A DNA stretch of 64,000 nt from a virus, in IMG/VR virus record IMGVR_UViG_3300005613_000009, positions 55,982 to 119,981 of that record; one strand, 5' to 3'. The translations under genes and the position numbers were made by a program. Positions 9,877 to 19,849 of this stretch are shown here, in pieces. Within the stretch, counting starts at the first letter, position 1. Every line of letters begins with the position of its first letter. The notes beneath the pieces are model-generated. The model saw only the letters and a program-made list of their open reading frames with translations. It ran no database searches and was not told where the DNA came from.

Positions 9877-10590
9877 TTATAGATTTTCCTTTAGTATTTT
9901 GAGATTTGCATTGATTAACTTCATTTTAACTTTATATTTTTCAAATTCAGTTTGATATGTTTTAAATTCATCACGATATTTTTCAGCAGCTTTTTTATCT
10001 GCTTTTTGGATTCTTCCGTAGTCATGATAAGAAGTCGTGAAGAAATAGTCTCCGATCTCGTCTTGATAAAGTGTCAATGACTTGTTCTTAAGGATAATTT
10101 CAGTTTTGCCATTAGGTTTATTTAATTGTTCACGTTGCTTGTCATATACCTTTTTCCACTCCTGTGGCCAACAGTGATAATTATTAATTCGATCTTTTAT
10201 CCAGGATTCTTCCGTTTCGTTTTCGTCAATCAAACCTTCCTGCTTCCATTCTTTAAATTGCGCTTCTGCCCAAGCTGGATCCAAGTCTTTTTTCCATGAA
10301 TCTAATTCATTGTCGCTCCAATGATATCCTTTAATCGGGCAAATTCCAGAATGAGGCGCACGAGGTTTATTAAGACTTTGGATTAGTGCAATTGTATCAT
10401 CTACCAAGGCTCCTATGGCGTAGTCATATTTTACGATTGAAAACCAACCACTGTCGCCAGGATAACCTAACGATCGACCGTCTTCTTCTATATATTCATG
10501 TTTGATTTCTACCGGGAAAAATATTTGAAACTTATGTATTTCGGGTTTTATGTCGTACAGCTCATATTTTCCATCGATTATTTTTTCCAT
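9877..10590 (-). CDS. hypothetical protein
   Basis: 237-aa ORF. Confidence 0.65.
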   Translation of the reverse strand: MEKIIDGKYELYDIKPEIHKFQIFFPVEIKHEYIEEDGRSLGYPGDSGWFSIVKYDYAIGALVDDTIALIQSLNKPRAPHSGICPIKGYHWSDNELDSWKKDLDPAWAEAQFKEWKQEGLIDENETEESWIKDRINNYHCWPQEWKKVYDKQREQLNKPNGKTEIILKNKSLTLYQDEIGDYFFTTSYHDYGRIQKADKKAAEKYRDEFKTYQTEFEKYKVKMKLINANLKILKENL

Positions 10591-10621
10591 TGTTATCCCT
10601 TTTTTCTTATATTATTTCACA

Positions 10622-11068
10622 TTAGTTATACTCTTTATCCATGAAATTGTTTATGGCCATCAGCACTTCGGACTCAAGATAAATTCTATCTGTAGGATTT
10701 TCGTAGTCATTGGCTCGAAGTTCAAGTCCATATCCATCAAATGCCCCATAAACTCCGTCCCCAAAATATTCGTACTCTTTTTCGTGGTCCATATTTTCAC
10801 ATCCCTTCGGCTTTTGTAATACCGGTGCGGCAGCGACCAGACTATCATTAGCCGTATGTTCTTTGTTTGAAATTCTTGTATCAATTTTATAAGCATGTGT
10901 TATATTATTGATATTTCTTTGTAATTCAACCGTTTTCTTAATAAGCGGTAGTACTATTAAGCTATCAATAGGAGTTCCTGCATCATTTATTTGCCTCAAA
11001 TCTTTTAATACAAAGTCCAATTTGTTGGTTACTTCTTGCAACAACTTGTCCATTATTTTAACCTCCAT
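10622..11068 (-). CDS. hypothetical protein
   Basis: 148-aa ORF; C-terminal YFGDGVY..FDGY..L module. Confidence 0.55.
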   Translation of the reverse strand: MEVKIMDKLLQEVTNKLDFVLKDLRQINDAGTPIDSLIVLPLIKKTVELQRNINNITHAYKIDTRISNKEHTANDSLVAAAPVLQKPKGCENMDHEKEYEYFGDGVYGAFDGYGLELRANDYENPTDRIYLESEVLMAINNFMDKEYN

Positions 11069-12115
11069 TCATTCATTTACTAAGTTGTCCAACCCATATT
11101 CCCTTGAAAATTCAAACGCCCCGACTTTTATCCGGACCATATAACCGGTTCGGACTACTGTATTCTCGCATTTTTCCGATGTCCCTTCATGCTCTCGTAA
11201 TTCAATAGTTGCTTGAGGCATAAGCTTCCTAATTTTCTGAAGCTGTTCATACTCTTCGGAAGTCGCAGATTTTTTGGTGTATACATCATATTCACAATTA
11301 CAATAACCATAATCATACGAATAGTCACAATCCTGATCACATGTACAAATATCGGATGCCTTGAGTTTCTCATACCGTGAAATGTCTTTAAGCTCAGCAT
11401 ACGACTCATCTCTGATAATGTTCACAATTTCGTCTTTTGGCAACAGGTTCTCTGCCAAACGATTCTTTTGGGATTTAGTTCCTTTTTTTCTTACCCATTC
11501 AACGATTTGATCATCTTGCGCTTTGAGCTTTGCGGCTTGTGCTTCGAGTTTTGCGGTTCTTTGTTTTTCTTTTTCGGCCTTTGCTTTTTCACGATTAGCA
11601 TCCTCGGCCTCTTTTTTTGCCTTATATCCAGCTTCGGCTTTTTCAAGCGCTGCTTCGGCTACAGATCCGATGCGTTTGATCTTGGTGAGGGCCTCTTTAT
11701 GGTTAAGATCTTTTGCGTATGTTTCCAAATAATTTTGGTAGGTGTACGATTTCCAATCCCATTGTCTAGGCCGTCCTCCTATAAATGTTACAATTTCCCA
11801 ACATTCTTCGTCTTTTTTTGCCATAAATTCAGTGATGAGATCCAGCTTTTTTTGTTTTTCCTTTTCATTTCGTTCTTTTCTCAACGTAATACTTTTGTTG
11901 AGAAGATCTTTCATGGTTTCCATATCAGCAGTACCAGCAGTGCCCGGTACTTGGAAGACCTTTTGACCATTTCCATCATAATCGCTGTCCATTGCAAGTT
12001 CATCTCGTTGTTCTTGTGTGAGGGCTGCTGGATCAAAAACAATATCTATGTTACCGCTTTGATCGTTCCCAATTTTCAGGGCTTTTTTTGCATCAACACG
12101 AATTCTTGCTTTCAT
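11069..12115 (-). CDS. hypothetical protein with a charged coiled coil and Cys-rich C-terminus
   Basis: 348-aa ORF with GGAG RBS. Confidence 0.7.
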   Translation of the reverse strand: MKARIRVDAKKALKIGNDQSGNIDIVFDPAALTQEQRDELAMDSDYDGNGQKVFQVPGTAGTADMETMKDLLNKSITLRKERNEKEKQKKLDLITEFMAKKDEECWEIVTFIGGRPRQWDWKSYTYQNYLETYAKDLNHKEALTKIKRIGSVAEAALEKAEAGYKAKKEAEDANREKAKAEKEKQRTAKLEAQAAKLKAQDDQIVEWVRKKGTKSQKNRLAENLLPKDEIVNIIRDESYAELKDISRYEKLKASDICTCDQDCDYSYDYGYCNCEYDVYTKKSATSEEYEQLQKIRKLMPQATIELREHEGTSEKCENTVVRTGYMVRIKVGAFEFSREYGLDNLVNE

Positions 12116-12202
12116 CGTATTCTCCTTTTCCGAGCCATGCCCGGTTGATTAGAATGTTTACGGTTTATCCACAACCATGTTGTGGCACTTTATTTTTATC
12201 TT

Positions 12203-12775
12203 TTATCTCCAACATTCTATTCTATTGCTTGGATCTTTGAACAAGTTCCAAAATGATTCTTGGTCTATTCCCTTATATTTTTCCCATGCTGGATGCTGCA
12301 TTTCCTTATACTTTTCCCATGCTAACGCTGCTATTCTTTTATGATCTCCAAGCGTTTGACATTTTCCTTCATAACACTTTTTCTTTTCTGAATGTATTAT
12401 CTTCCAATACTCTTCCCATGCTATTTTTTGCTCTATTTCTTCATACTCTTCCCATGCTGGCTTTGTTGTTTTCAAGTATTGTTTCGATGCTTCTGGAGTT
12501 AATATTGCTGTTGGAGTGCCCATTCCATAGAACAAACCCTTCTTCAACGCAGAAACTATTTCGGTCGGAAAATTGTCTGGGGTGCTGAAATTAATGCATT
12601 CTCTGTTAAATCCTGCAGAAAATCCATAATACTTTCTTATAGCCCCATGGCCGACCAAGTCTTTAGGGCTGCCACAGTATTCAGCCAACTCTTTTCCTTT
12701 CTCAGAATCAAGCTGTTTCTTGGTTAAGTAATACAGTCTCCCATCGTGTTCTATCCAGCTGATAAATTGGCACAT
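12203..12775 (-). CDS. hypothetical phage protein (MCQFISW...GHGAIR family)
   Basis: 190-aa ORF with internal AWEEY repeats. Confidence 0.65.
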   Translation of the reverse strand: MCQFISWIEHDGRLYYLTKKQLDSEKGKELAEYCGSPKDLVGHGAIRKYYGFSAGFNRECINFSTPDNFPTEIVSALKKGLFYGMGTPTAILTPEASKQYLKTTKPAWEEYEEIEQKIAWEEYWKIIHSEKKKCYEGKCQTLGDHKRIAALAWEKYKEMQHPAWEKYKGIDQESFWNLFKDPSNRIECWR

Positions 12776-12799
12776 ATTTTATTTCTCCTTGCAACTTTT

Positions 12800-14164
12800 T
12801 TAACACTCGAAAACAGTAAACATCTCCAAAATATTATAACCATTAAACTTCCATGGACCGTCAGAATTACATTCAATCTCATTGTGATGTTTATCACAAT
12901 AATCACCCCACAATTCTTGTACTTCTTCCGTATCATATTCGCATTCATTGTTAAAACATTCTAACAACTTATCACATTCGGGTGACTTTGGCACAAAATA
13001 TATGTCTACACTATCAACATCATGTACTAAAACAAGATAACCTTCTTTTGTTGTCCCTTTTTGGTTAAGTTCTTTGGTGTTATTCGGTAACTTTTTTGGT
13101 TTGCTTATTGCTGTGACACAATCTTTTGTTTCATCCATATGCCATGTTGACATTTTTGCCCTCCTTATATTATGCCGAACAAAATCTAAAAAACTTGTGT
13201 CAAAACGTGCGTCTTGGATTAATTCGACAACTCGTTTTGTGGTTTTTTTGTCAAGCATTTCTTTTGATATTTTAGAATCAATAAAATCTTTCTTAGACTT
13301 TCCAGAATAATGACCATCCGAGTCCCAATAACCGGACAATTTTTCGCCGTATACTTTCTCCTGTAATTTCGGAGTAATTGCCAATGTCCACAATAACTGC
13401 GTTAATGCGGCTGAACCTATATCCGTAATATACATTGTTACCGGCCGATCAGGATTATAACCTATGTCGTCACCATGATAATCAACAAATATAACCGCAT
13501 TAAGCACACACGTTCTAAAATGGATTTGTGCCCATGTTCGAGATGATTGATTCATCCCATAATCTGTAAAGACACCGGCGTCTTCATCATAAACTGATTG
13601 GTGAAATGGATACAAATGTTGAGCAACAGGTATCGTCGCATAATAAACCGCATCTTGTATTTTATCAGCAATTTGCTGTGTCGTTTCAATCGTTGCGATT
13701 GATTGACGACAATTCAAATCCACAAACGGGTCAAAATTTTCTTTTTTTGGAATTTCCATTTTTTCTAAGTATGGAATCCTCGGCACATGCCGATACTTGA
13801 GCGGCATTTCGAGCATTTTTCCTTCTTTAGCCCATATCGCCAATACCCAATCTTTTTTGCCGTCCGGTAACATATCGCACTGTTCTGTAGTCATATGCAG
13901 CACGTATGGCGAATCACTGAAATCTTCGAATAATAATTCTATTGCATCATCTAATTTCTGCGCTGGCCATGGACCACGTGATAAAATTGCATATTGCGCT
14001 GTACGAAATTCTCGGATGGCATGTTGTTGATTGTCTGGGACAAGAAGCCTGACACACCCTGCATTAGTGGAAACATAAAATTTTCCGTTGATAGCATATT
14101 CAGAATTAAAATAGTTCGTCGCTGCAATATTTTGGCCCATATTTCCAATCACTAAATGCTCCAT
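12800..14164 (-). CDS. hypothetical protein
   Basis: 454-aa ORF with GGAGG RBS. Confidence 0.7.
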   Translation of the reverse strand: MEHLVIGNMGQNIAATNYFNSEYAINGKFYVSTNAGCVRLLVPDNQQHAIREFRTAQYAILSRGPWPAQKLDDAIELLFEDFSDSPYVLHMTTEQCDMLPDGKKDWVLAIWAKEGKMLEMPLKYRHVPRIPYLEKMEIPKKENFDPFVDLNCRQSIATIETTQQIADKIQDAVYYATIPVAQHLYPFHQSVYDEDAGVFTDYGMNQSSRTWAQIHFRTCVLNAVIFVDYHGDDIGYNPDRPVTMYITDIGSAALTQLLWTLAITPKLQEKVYGEKLSGYWDSDGHYSGKSKKDFIDSKISKEMLDKKTTKRVVELIQDARFDTSFLDFVRHNIRRAKMSTWHMDETKDCVTAISKPKKLPNNTKELNQKGTTKEGYLVLVHDVDSVDIYFVPKSPECDKLLECFNNECEYDTEEVQELWGDYCDKHHNEIECNSDGPWKFNGYNILEMFTVFEC

Positions 14165-14175
14165 TTAAGACCTCC

Positions 14176-14421
14176 TTAGCATTTGTTGGTGTATTTATTT
14201 GACTGTAATATGTGGGCTTTAACCGAGAACTCTTTCAAATTGCTAATTATACCATTTAAAAAAACTTGAAGATTCCATTGTTCTGGTGGTGATTTCCGTG
14301 AAAATATAATGCTATCAACACCATCTTGTAGTTCACATTCAATTTGTTCTGATAGTTCCATAAATTGGCGTTGTTTTTCTTCATTTAAATAGGAATAAGC
14401 CATCATTTCTCCTTTTTTCAT
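14176..14421 (-). CDS. hypothetical protein
   Basis: ORF in the operon. Confidence 0.5.
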   Translation of the reverse strand: MKKGEMMAYSYLNEEKQRQFMELSEQIECELQDGVDSIIFSRKSPPEQWNLQVFLNGIISNLKEFSVKAHILQSNKYTNKC

Positions 14422-14870
14422 TTCTTTAATAACAAAGCAACGATTTCCCTGTCAACTTCAATGTATTTAAGTGAAATTTCTTCAGAACTAATAACAGTAA
14501 GTGGCACATTTTTCAAAATAAAATCAAGCGCATCTTTGATTTTAAATAATTTATTAAGATATTTATCCCTATGCTCTCCCTCTTTGGCTTTATCATACTC
14601 TTCTTGAGTTATTACCCCTTCTTTTAGCCAACGATCATATGATTCCCAGAAAGATTCTTGCGGGTAATCAATCTGCGGCCATCTTGTGTTCAATCGCGCA
14701 TAAGCACGTCGTTCAATATCACCAGAACAACACCACGGATTTTTACCAACCCTCTTTCCCTCTTCTACTTTCAACTGAATAGTTGATTCGAAATCGTCGG
14801 GCTCCATTTTTCCTCCTAAATATCGGATAATGCAATTTTTTCCATAAATTGGGCCTATCGTATATCCCAT
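14418..14870 (-). CDS. hypothetical protein (start probably MEPDD)
   Basis: Internal GGAGG RBS before MEPDDF. Confidence 0.55.
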   Translation of the reverse strand: MGYTIGPIYGKNCIIRYLGGKMEPDDFESTIQLKVEEGKRVGKNPWCCSGDIERRAYARLNTRWPQIDYPQESFWESYDRWLKEGVITQEEYDKAKEGEHRDKYLNKLFKIKDALDFILKNVPLTVISSEEISLKYIEVDREIVALLLKK

Positions 14871-15528
14871 AAAAAGACTTAAATTCTAAATCGATTTCCG
14901 TTTCACGCCCTTGTTTCCGAACAAGCTTAAAAAAATCATTGTTCGCCGTACAGCCACCACTCCCCTCCCCAATGTATAAAAGATATTGATCAGGCCGCAT
15001 TTTTCTCCAAACTTTGGCGGCGAGCGAATCCATGTAAGGCCACGATAGCAAAAACATCTCTATTTTCGGGTGCGATTTGACATATTCAATAGCACACTCT
15101 TCCCTTACCAAATCAAGCACTTCCCATGACCGTTCTTTTCCCCAGCTATTGTCGTCGATAGCCTCAATGGCTTCGAACCCATATTTCCGGATCCAAAAAG
15201 TCAACCACCCACATCCGGCCGCAAGTTCCGTTATCGATTCGATACCAAGCCTGTTAATTAATCTAACAATTCCACTTATAAGCTCATGAGACAGTATGCA
15301 AAAAGAGTGCTCAGCGTATTCACTCCTGATCTCATATGTTTTTAAATGTTTTTCCGTATCAAAACACGATGAAGAAAAATCATCATCTAATAAAATCTCC
15401 GCGCTGATTTCGTCAGTCGTCGGCAGCCGTTCCATGTCAAATGAAAAAGTGCTCTTAATAAGATCCATTGGCGTTGGCCCCTCGTTTGCGATCATCTGAT
15501 TATTTCTTATTCCTCTCTCATTGTCCAT
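14743..15528 (-). CDS. SAM-dependent methyltransferase-like protein
   Basis: ITELAAGCGW motif I; LLSWP and YIGE..GGCT motifs. Confidence 0.65.
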   Translation of the reverse strand: MDNERGIRNNQMIANEGPTPMDLIKSTFSFDMERLPTTDEISAEILLDDDFSSSCFDTEKHLKTYEIRSEYAEHSFCILSHELISGIVRLINRLGIESITELAAGCGWLTFWIRKYGFEAIEAIDDNSWGKERSWEVLDLVREECAIEYVKSHPKIEMFLLSWPYMDSLAAKVWRKMRPDQYLLYIGEGSGGCTANNDFFKLVRKQGRETEIDLEFKSFYGIYDRPNLWKKLHYPIFRRKNGARRFRINYSVESRRGKEGW

Positions 15529-15692
15529 AAGTATCGGCCGGCATTGTTTCTATCGTGGCCCGATGTGAAATCATGCTCAATTTGTCGAATGATTATTTCT
15601 AAAGCAACCTCTAAGTCAAACCGTTTTTCGCCTTGTACCTGGATATCAAGCGTTAACATCCCATGCCTCCTCTGTTGGCGTTGGCCCCTGTG

Positions 15693-15893
15693 CTATTCTT
15701 CAATTAACTGTATGCGACGATTGTCAAACCATTCTGGATCAACCTCGCAATCATCTTCTCGTATACCACTTGCAGCTTCAATATAATGTTGCCCGTTAAA
15801 ATATCCCCGATAGATATATTCGTTAGGCTTCTTTTGAATTTTCGATTTTGACTTGAACCGTTGGCCGTATTTCATTGTTATCATCACTGTCAC
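15693..15893 (-). CDS. hypothetical protein
   Basis: GAGGTG RBS. Confidence 0.5.
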   Translation of the reverse strand: MTVMITMKYGQRFKSKSKIQKKPNEYIYRGYFNGQHYIEAASGIREDDCEVDPEWFDNRRIQLIEE

Positions 15894-16018
15894 CTCACAA
15901 CTTTAAATTCTTTCGCTATTGTTAGCCTCTTTTTTACGTCCGTTCCTATGTCTACCCCCCAACAATTTACAACTCACTCAGCCTTCAAGAAACCAACCCC
16001 CCCTCAGAACAGCCCTCA

Positions 16019-16531
16019 TCAGAACAGCCCCCGGCAGGGAAGCCCCCGGCAGGGCCATACCCCGTATCGCTTCGCCGTCTCTTTCGCCACTAATGCACTC
16101 GACCCAAAAAATTGCGGCTGCGTCGGATCAAATGGCAACATCTGCATCTTCATCTTCTGTGCGCCATCGCTGCCACGCAACTTCTCGATAAGAATGCCAC
16201 CCGCTGCAGGCGGTAGCCACCAGCCACGCCTGAATACGCTGTTTTGGCCATCTGTTCCACGTGGAACCCAGGCGGGTCGTTTGGTATGGTACTCAAACCC
16301 CGCGGCCTGTAGCTGCCTCCTGGTGATTATGTGGTTGTCTACCTGTCTTTGGTGGCGGATACCGTCCAACCGCTTGACTTCCGACTCGTGGATAGCCGGT
16401 GCCCTGCTGAAATGCTCGACTTCGATCTGCTCCGCCTTGAGAATCGCGTGGATCCTTAGTGGTTGTACGCCGTAGCGCCTCGACAACTCTTCGATCGTGT
16501 AATACTCCCCTAATTTCATCGGCATAGACAT
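16019..16531 (-). CDS. protein with an N-terminal excisionase-like helix-turn-helix
   Basis: YYTIEELSRRYGV motif; AAGGAGG RBS downstream of a repeat promoter. Confidence 0.6.
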   Translation of the reverse strand: MSMPMKLGEYYTIEELSRRYGVQPLRIHAILKAEQIEVEHFSRAPAIHESEVKRLDGIRHQRQVDNHIITRRQLQAAGFEYHTKRPAWVPRGTDGQNSVFRRGWWLPPAAGGILIEKLRGSDGAQKMKMQMLPFDPTQPQFFGSSALVAKETAKRYGVWPCRGLPCRGLF

Positions 16532-16926
16532 CCTCCTTCTTCGATATAAGTGTGATAGAACTGTTTTTCTTATTAGGAGATTTTAATAGAAAATTCACAA
16601 AAAAACAAATAAAAAAAAAGAAAGATTGACAGGTTAATAGGTCTTATTATTTGGTCTTTTTTGTTTTTTCGAAATTTTTTTTGTGGGATAGTTGTTAAAA
16701 CATTTTTCGGTTCTGGATTTTCTGTTTTTTTAGGTTTTTTCATAAAATACGCTTTTTTATTTTGCTAAAATTTAGGGGCCAGCATAATATCTACCCCAGG
16801 TAGTTTTTTTCCAAGGATAGTATTAATACTACATCGTACGTCACGACTTTAGCTTAGCAAAAAAAACAACTATGATATAGCTTACAAAAATGAAATCTAA
16901 AAAACAATATACAATCACGAATATTC

Positions 16927-17004
16927 CAGACACGTATGCGGGGTTGTCCTGGCAAAAAATCGCGTTGGTACAAGACACGTATGCGGGGTTATCCTGGCAA
17001 AAAA
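16927..17004. repeat. direct repeat AGACACGTATGCGGGGTT(G/A)TCCTGGCAAAAAA x2
   Basis: Seen directly in the sequence. Confidence 0.8.
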
Positions 17005-17044
17005 AATCCTGCCAAACGATAATCTGTTCGGCAGGATTGTGGTT

Positions 17045-18469
17045 TTAAGTTGAAAGGATTTTCTCTTTAGTCTCGAAGAAAGTTTGCTTTAAGATTCTTC
17101 GGGTCGTCGGGGAGGGATTGAAGCCGTTTAATCTCTTTTTCCCCTTGTCTAAAGCTATACAGTAGGATATAGCTTTGTTCAAGTCCTTTATGTTTTTCTG
17201 TGCTTTTAATCTTTTTGTTAGTTCGCCAAGTCGGTTACTTTTCAAAACTCTCTCAAGTTTATCGTTTTTCACCCGGCTATACTCTTTAAAAAATAACGCT
17301 TTTTCGTAGTTAGGCAGGGCAAAAACTTTCTTTGTCAAGCTATGAAGTTCATCATAGCTTGAATCTCTAAGCTGTTTTATTACACTAAAATATTTTTCTG
17401 AAAATTCCGGTAGTTCTACTTTTGAACTATCCCCTATTGGAACATATGAATATCCCGTTTTTGTCGATTCAACCTCTTTCTCTATTTCGATAAATATTCT
17501 CTCAAGGTCTTGATCGGAGGCGGTTTCTATTTCACCTTGCCTCTCTCTTATTAATTGTTCTTCTTTGCTTTGTTCCGTTACTTCTTTCAAGTTCAAATCT
17601 ATCATTGATAGTTCAAGTAACATCGAGGCGGCTTTTTCACTGTCTTTTCTAATTTCTTCTATACATTGTTCCCTCATTTTTGCAGTAAAATTGAGTGACA
17701 AAAAATACTCTGTCAATTTCTCTGCTGTGTAGATGTCAATGCCGCACTTTTTCATAATATATTCCGGTTTAGTTGTTAAGGTTCTCCCGTCATTCTCCAC
17801 AATCCTTGGGTCTAACAATCTGTTACCGTTGTAGTAACAGTGTTCTGAGATGTTTCTCTCAAGCTGTGTCATATTTGAGGTATGCCGGGCCATGCCATCG
17901 AAGCCCTCTCCAAAATGATTATCGTTGAATAAATCCCTATCGTCATTAAATTTGACGTCAATCATGTCGTCGCTATCGACGACACATGCCACATGATACC
18001 TATTTATGTCATTTCTAATTCTTCTATCCAGCATTGATTTTCTGATGAACACTTCACCAGAAAAGATCAAGTGAAAAATTGCTTTGGCGATTACCTCTCC
18101 ATGGCAGGGTTTCGGGGCACAAAAACATTCAAGATATAGTCTGCCATGTCTCAACAATAGACTGGCAAGTCTTTTCAGTTCGTTTCTGATGTCATTATCC
18201 AGGTTCTGCACATATCCCCCAGACCTTGGAGAATATGAGTCTTTAGTCCAGCCTAAAAAGCTGGCGGCCAGCCACATACGATACAATCGAATGCTTTCAG
18301 CCCTACTGTATGAACTCAAGGGATATGGGTTGCCCAGTATACTGGGCCGCCCGACAAATACGTAATTGTCCTTACCTTCTTGTGGCTTGTACTTCTTGCT
18401 CCAGTTTTTGTTTACAATTTTGATCTTGAAATTTTCTTGATACTCTTTCTTTGTCAATTTTCGATCCAT
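17045..18469 (-). CDS. DUF4326-domain protein with a long C-terminal extension
   Basis: VFVGRPSILGNPY and L.CFCAPKPCHGEVI motifs. Confidence 0.75.
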   Translation of the reverse strand: MDRKLTKKEYQENFKIKIVNKNWSKKYKPQEGKDNYVFVGRPSILGNPYPLSSYSRAESIRLYRMWLAASFLGWTKDSYSPRSGGYVQNLDNDIRNELKRLASLLLRHGRLYLECFCAPKPCHGEVIAKAIFHLIFSGEVFIRKSMLDRRIRNDINRYHVACVVDSDDMIDVKFNDDRDLFNDNHFGEGFDGMARHTSNMTQLERNISEHCYYNGNRLLDPRIVENDGRTLTTKPEYIMKKCGIDIYTAEKLTEYFLSLNFTAKMREQCIEEIRKDSEKAASMLLELSMIDLNLKEVTEQSKEEQLIRERQGEIETASDQDLERIFIEIEKEVESTKTGYSYVPIGDSSKVELPEFSEKYFSVIKQLRDSSYDELHSLTKKVFALPNYEKALFFKEYSRVKNDKLERVLKSNRLGELTKRLKAQKNIKDLNKAISYCIALDKGKKRLNGFNPSPTTRRILKQTFFETKEKILST

Positions 18470-18486
18470 GATAATCCCCCATTCTC

Positions 18487-18547
18487 AATTAGACTCAATT
18501 CAGCTTAATTAGACTCAATTCAGCTTAATTAGACTCAATTAAGCTTA
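18487..18547. repeat. 20-bp tandem repeat AATTAGACTCAATTCAGCTT x3
   Basis: Seen directly, just upstream of the DUF4326 gene. Confidence 0.85.
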
Positions 18548-19514
18548 CTTTTAATAATATAGATCAATCCTTCCCCATCTGGATCAATCTTTTGGCTTTT
18601 TGTCGTGTTTTCTCCAGTCTTTTAGGCGTGTTAAGATTCCGAATGTCTCTGACCGGGTTTCTTTGCATTGCGCTCAGTCTTGAAAAATGTCGATCTTTTC
18701 AAGCGTCTGCCAGGGGGGCACTGTCGATCTTTAACGGGTCTTGAAGACTCTCAAAAACTGTGGTCGTCCTACCTCAAAGAACTACTTCGATTTATCCCAT
18801 CTGGCCTCATGCCGTCAAGGTCCCAGGCTTGCATCATGTCAGCCTGGGCGCTTCGTGCCATACTCACTATGATATGTTGCATATTTGGTGCCACAATAAT
18901 CAAGCCCATTTGGTATCAATCCAGCACAATTAAGCGTATTTACATGAAAGAGGTGGTGTGTATTTTTTGCAAGGGTGTGGCTTTTTCGATACGCTGTTTT
19001 ATTGTGCAATATCAATCGCTTACGGTGCTGTGGCGATAAAGCCACAATGTGGGATAGTCAGTTTTCAGCTGTCTTTTTTTTGACTTTTTTTTAACTGGAA
19101 ATTCCTTCGCTGCGCCCTTTGCAGCGCCCTCGCCTTGCAAAGCGGGCGAAATGGCAACGCCTGAAATTGATCTTAGTATTTCATTCTCCCCTGGCGTAAA
19201 TAACAAGGCTGAGGGTAAAACGAAACAAACGGACTGAAATAATGACAGAGGGGATAGGCAGACACGAGCTAAGACAAGGCAGTCGAAAATGAGAAAAAAA
19301 TCGTCGTCTGTCTTTGAAAACAGAGATTGTTCCGGCTCTGCGCTAGCGTAACGCAGAGCCTAAATAAGAAAACCCCGCTAAGCGTTTGTCTGCCTAACAG
19401 GGTCTGGGGGATTACTTTTTTATTAAAAAAAAGCGCAAGAACTCCAGCAGCTCTACTCTGCGTCATAACCCCAGTTAGAGTTCCAGGGTTATCAAGGAGT
19501 TCCTGCGCGAAAGA

Positions 19515-19703
19515 TTATGCCTCGCCAGCCAACACATCCGCTACTTCACAGATTATGTCGGCCACTCTCCCGTTGCAGGGGAAATCCTTCCCAGCTATCT
19601 GCAACGGGAATTTCTTTTGGTCCCAAGTCTGAGGACCGAATTCAACCGGCCCTCCAGTTTCCAAGAGAAGCTCTATCGCTTCCCTAAACTTTTCTTTATT
19701 CAT
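19515..19703 (-). CDS. 62-aa hypothetical cassette protein
   Basis: GAGGGGG RBS after a repeat promoter. Confidence 0.7.
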   Translation of the reverse strand: MNKEKFREAIELLLETGGPVEFGPQTWDQKKFPLQIAGKDFPCNGRVADIICEVADVLAGEA

Positions 19704-19802
19704 CTCAATTCCCCCTCGTGTTAAGAGTTAATGTTTTATTTTCACAAAAAAACAAATAAAGAAAACAAAAAGCCCGGTTCACGCTGCCAAGTTTTCCCTG
19801 GC

Positions 19803-19849
19803 AAAAAAAAAGACCACCTGCCATAAGGTTCTAAACAGGCAGATGGTCT
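19803..19849 (-). terminator. intrinsic terminator
   Basis: GACCATCTGCC/GGCAGGTGGTC stem followed by a 9-U tract. Confidence 0.85.

Noticed and set aside
11468-12148. Long plus-strand ORFs such as 11468..12148, 15861..16475, 29553..30380 and 32700..33336
   Set aside because: Antisense shadows of minus-strand genes or repeats, with no RBS and no recognisable motifs
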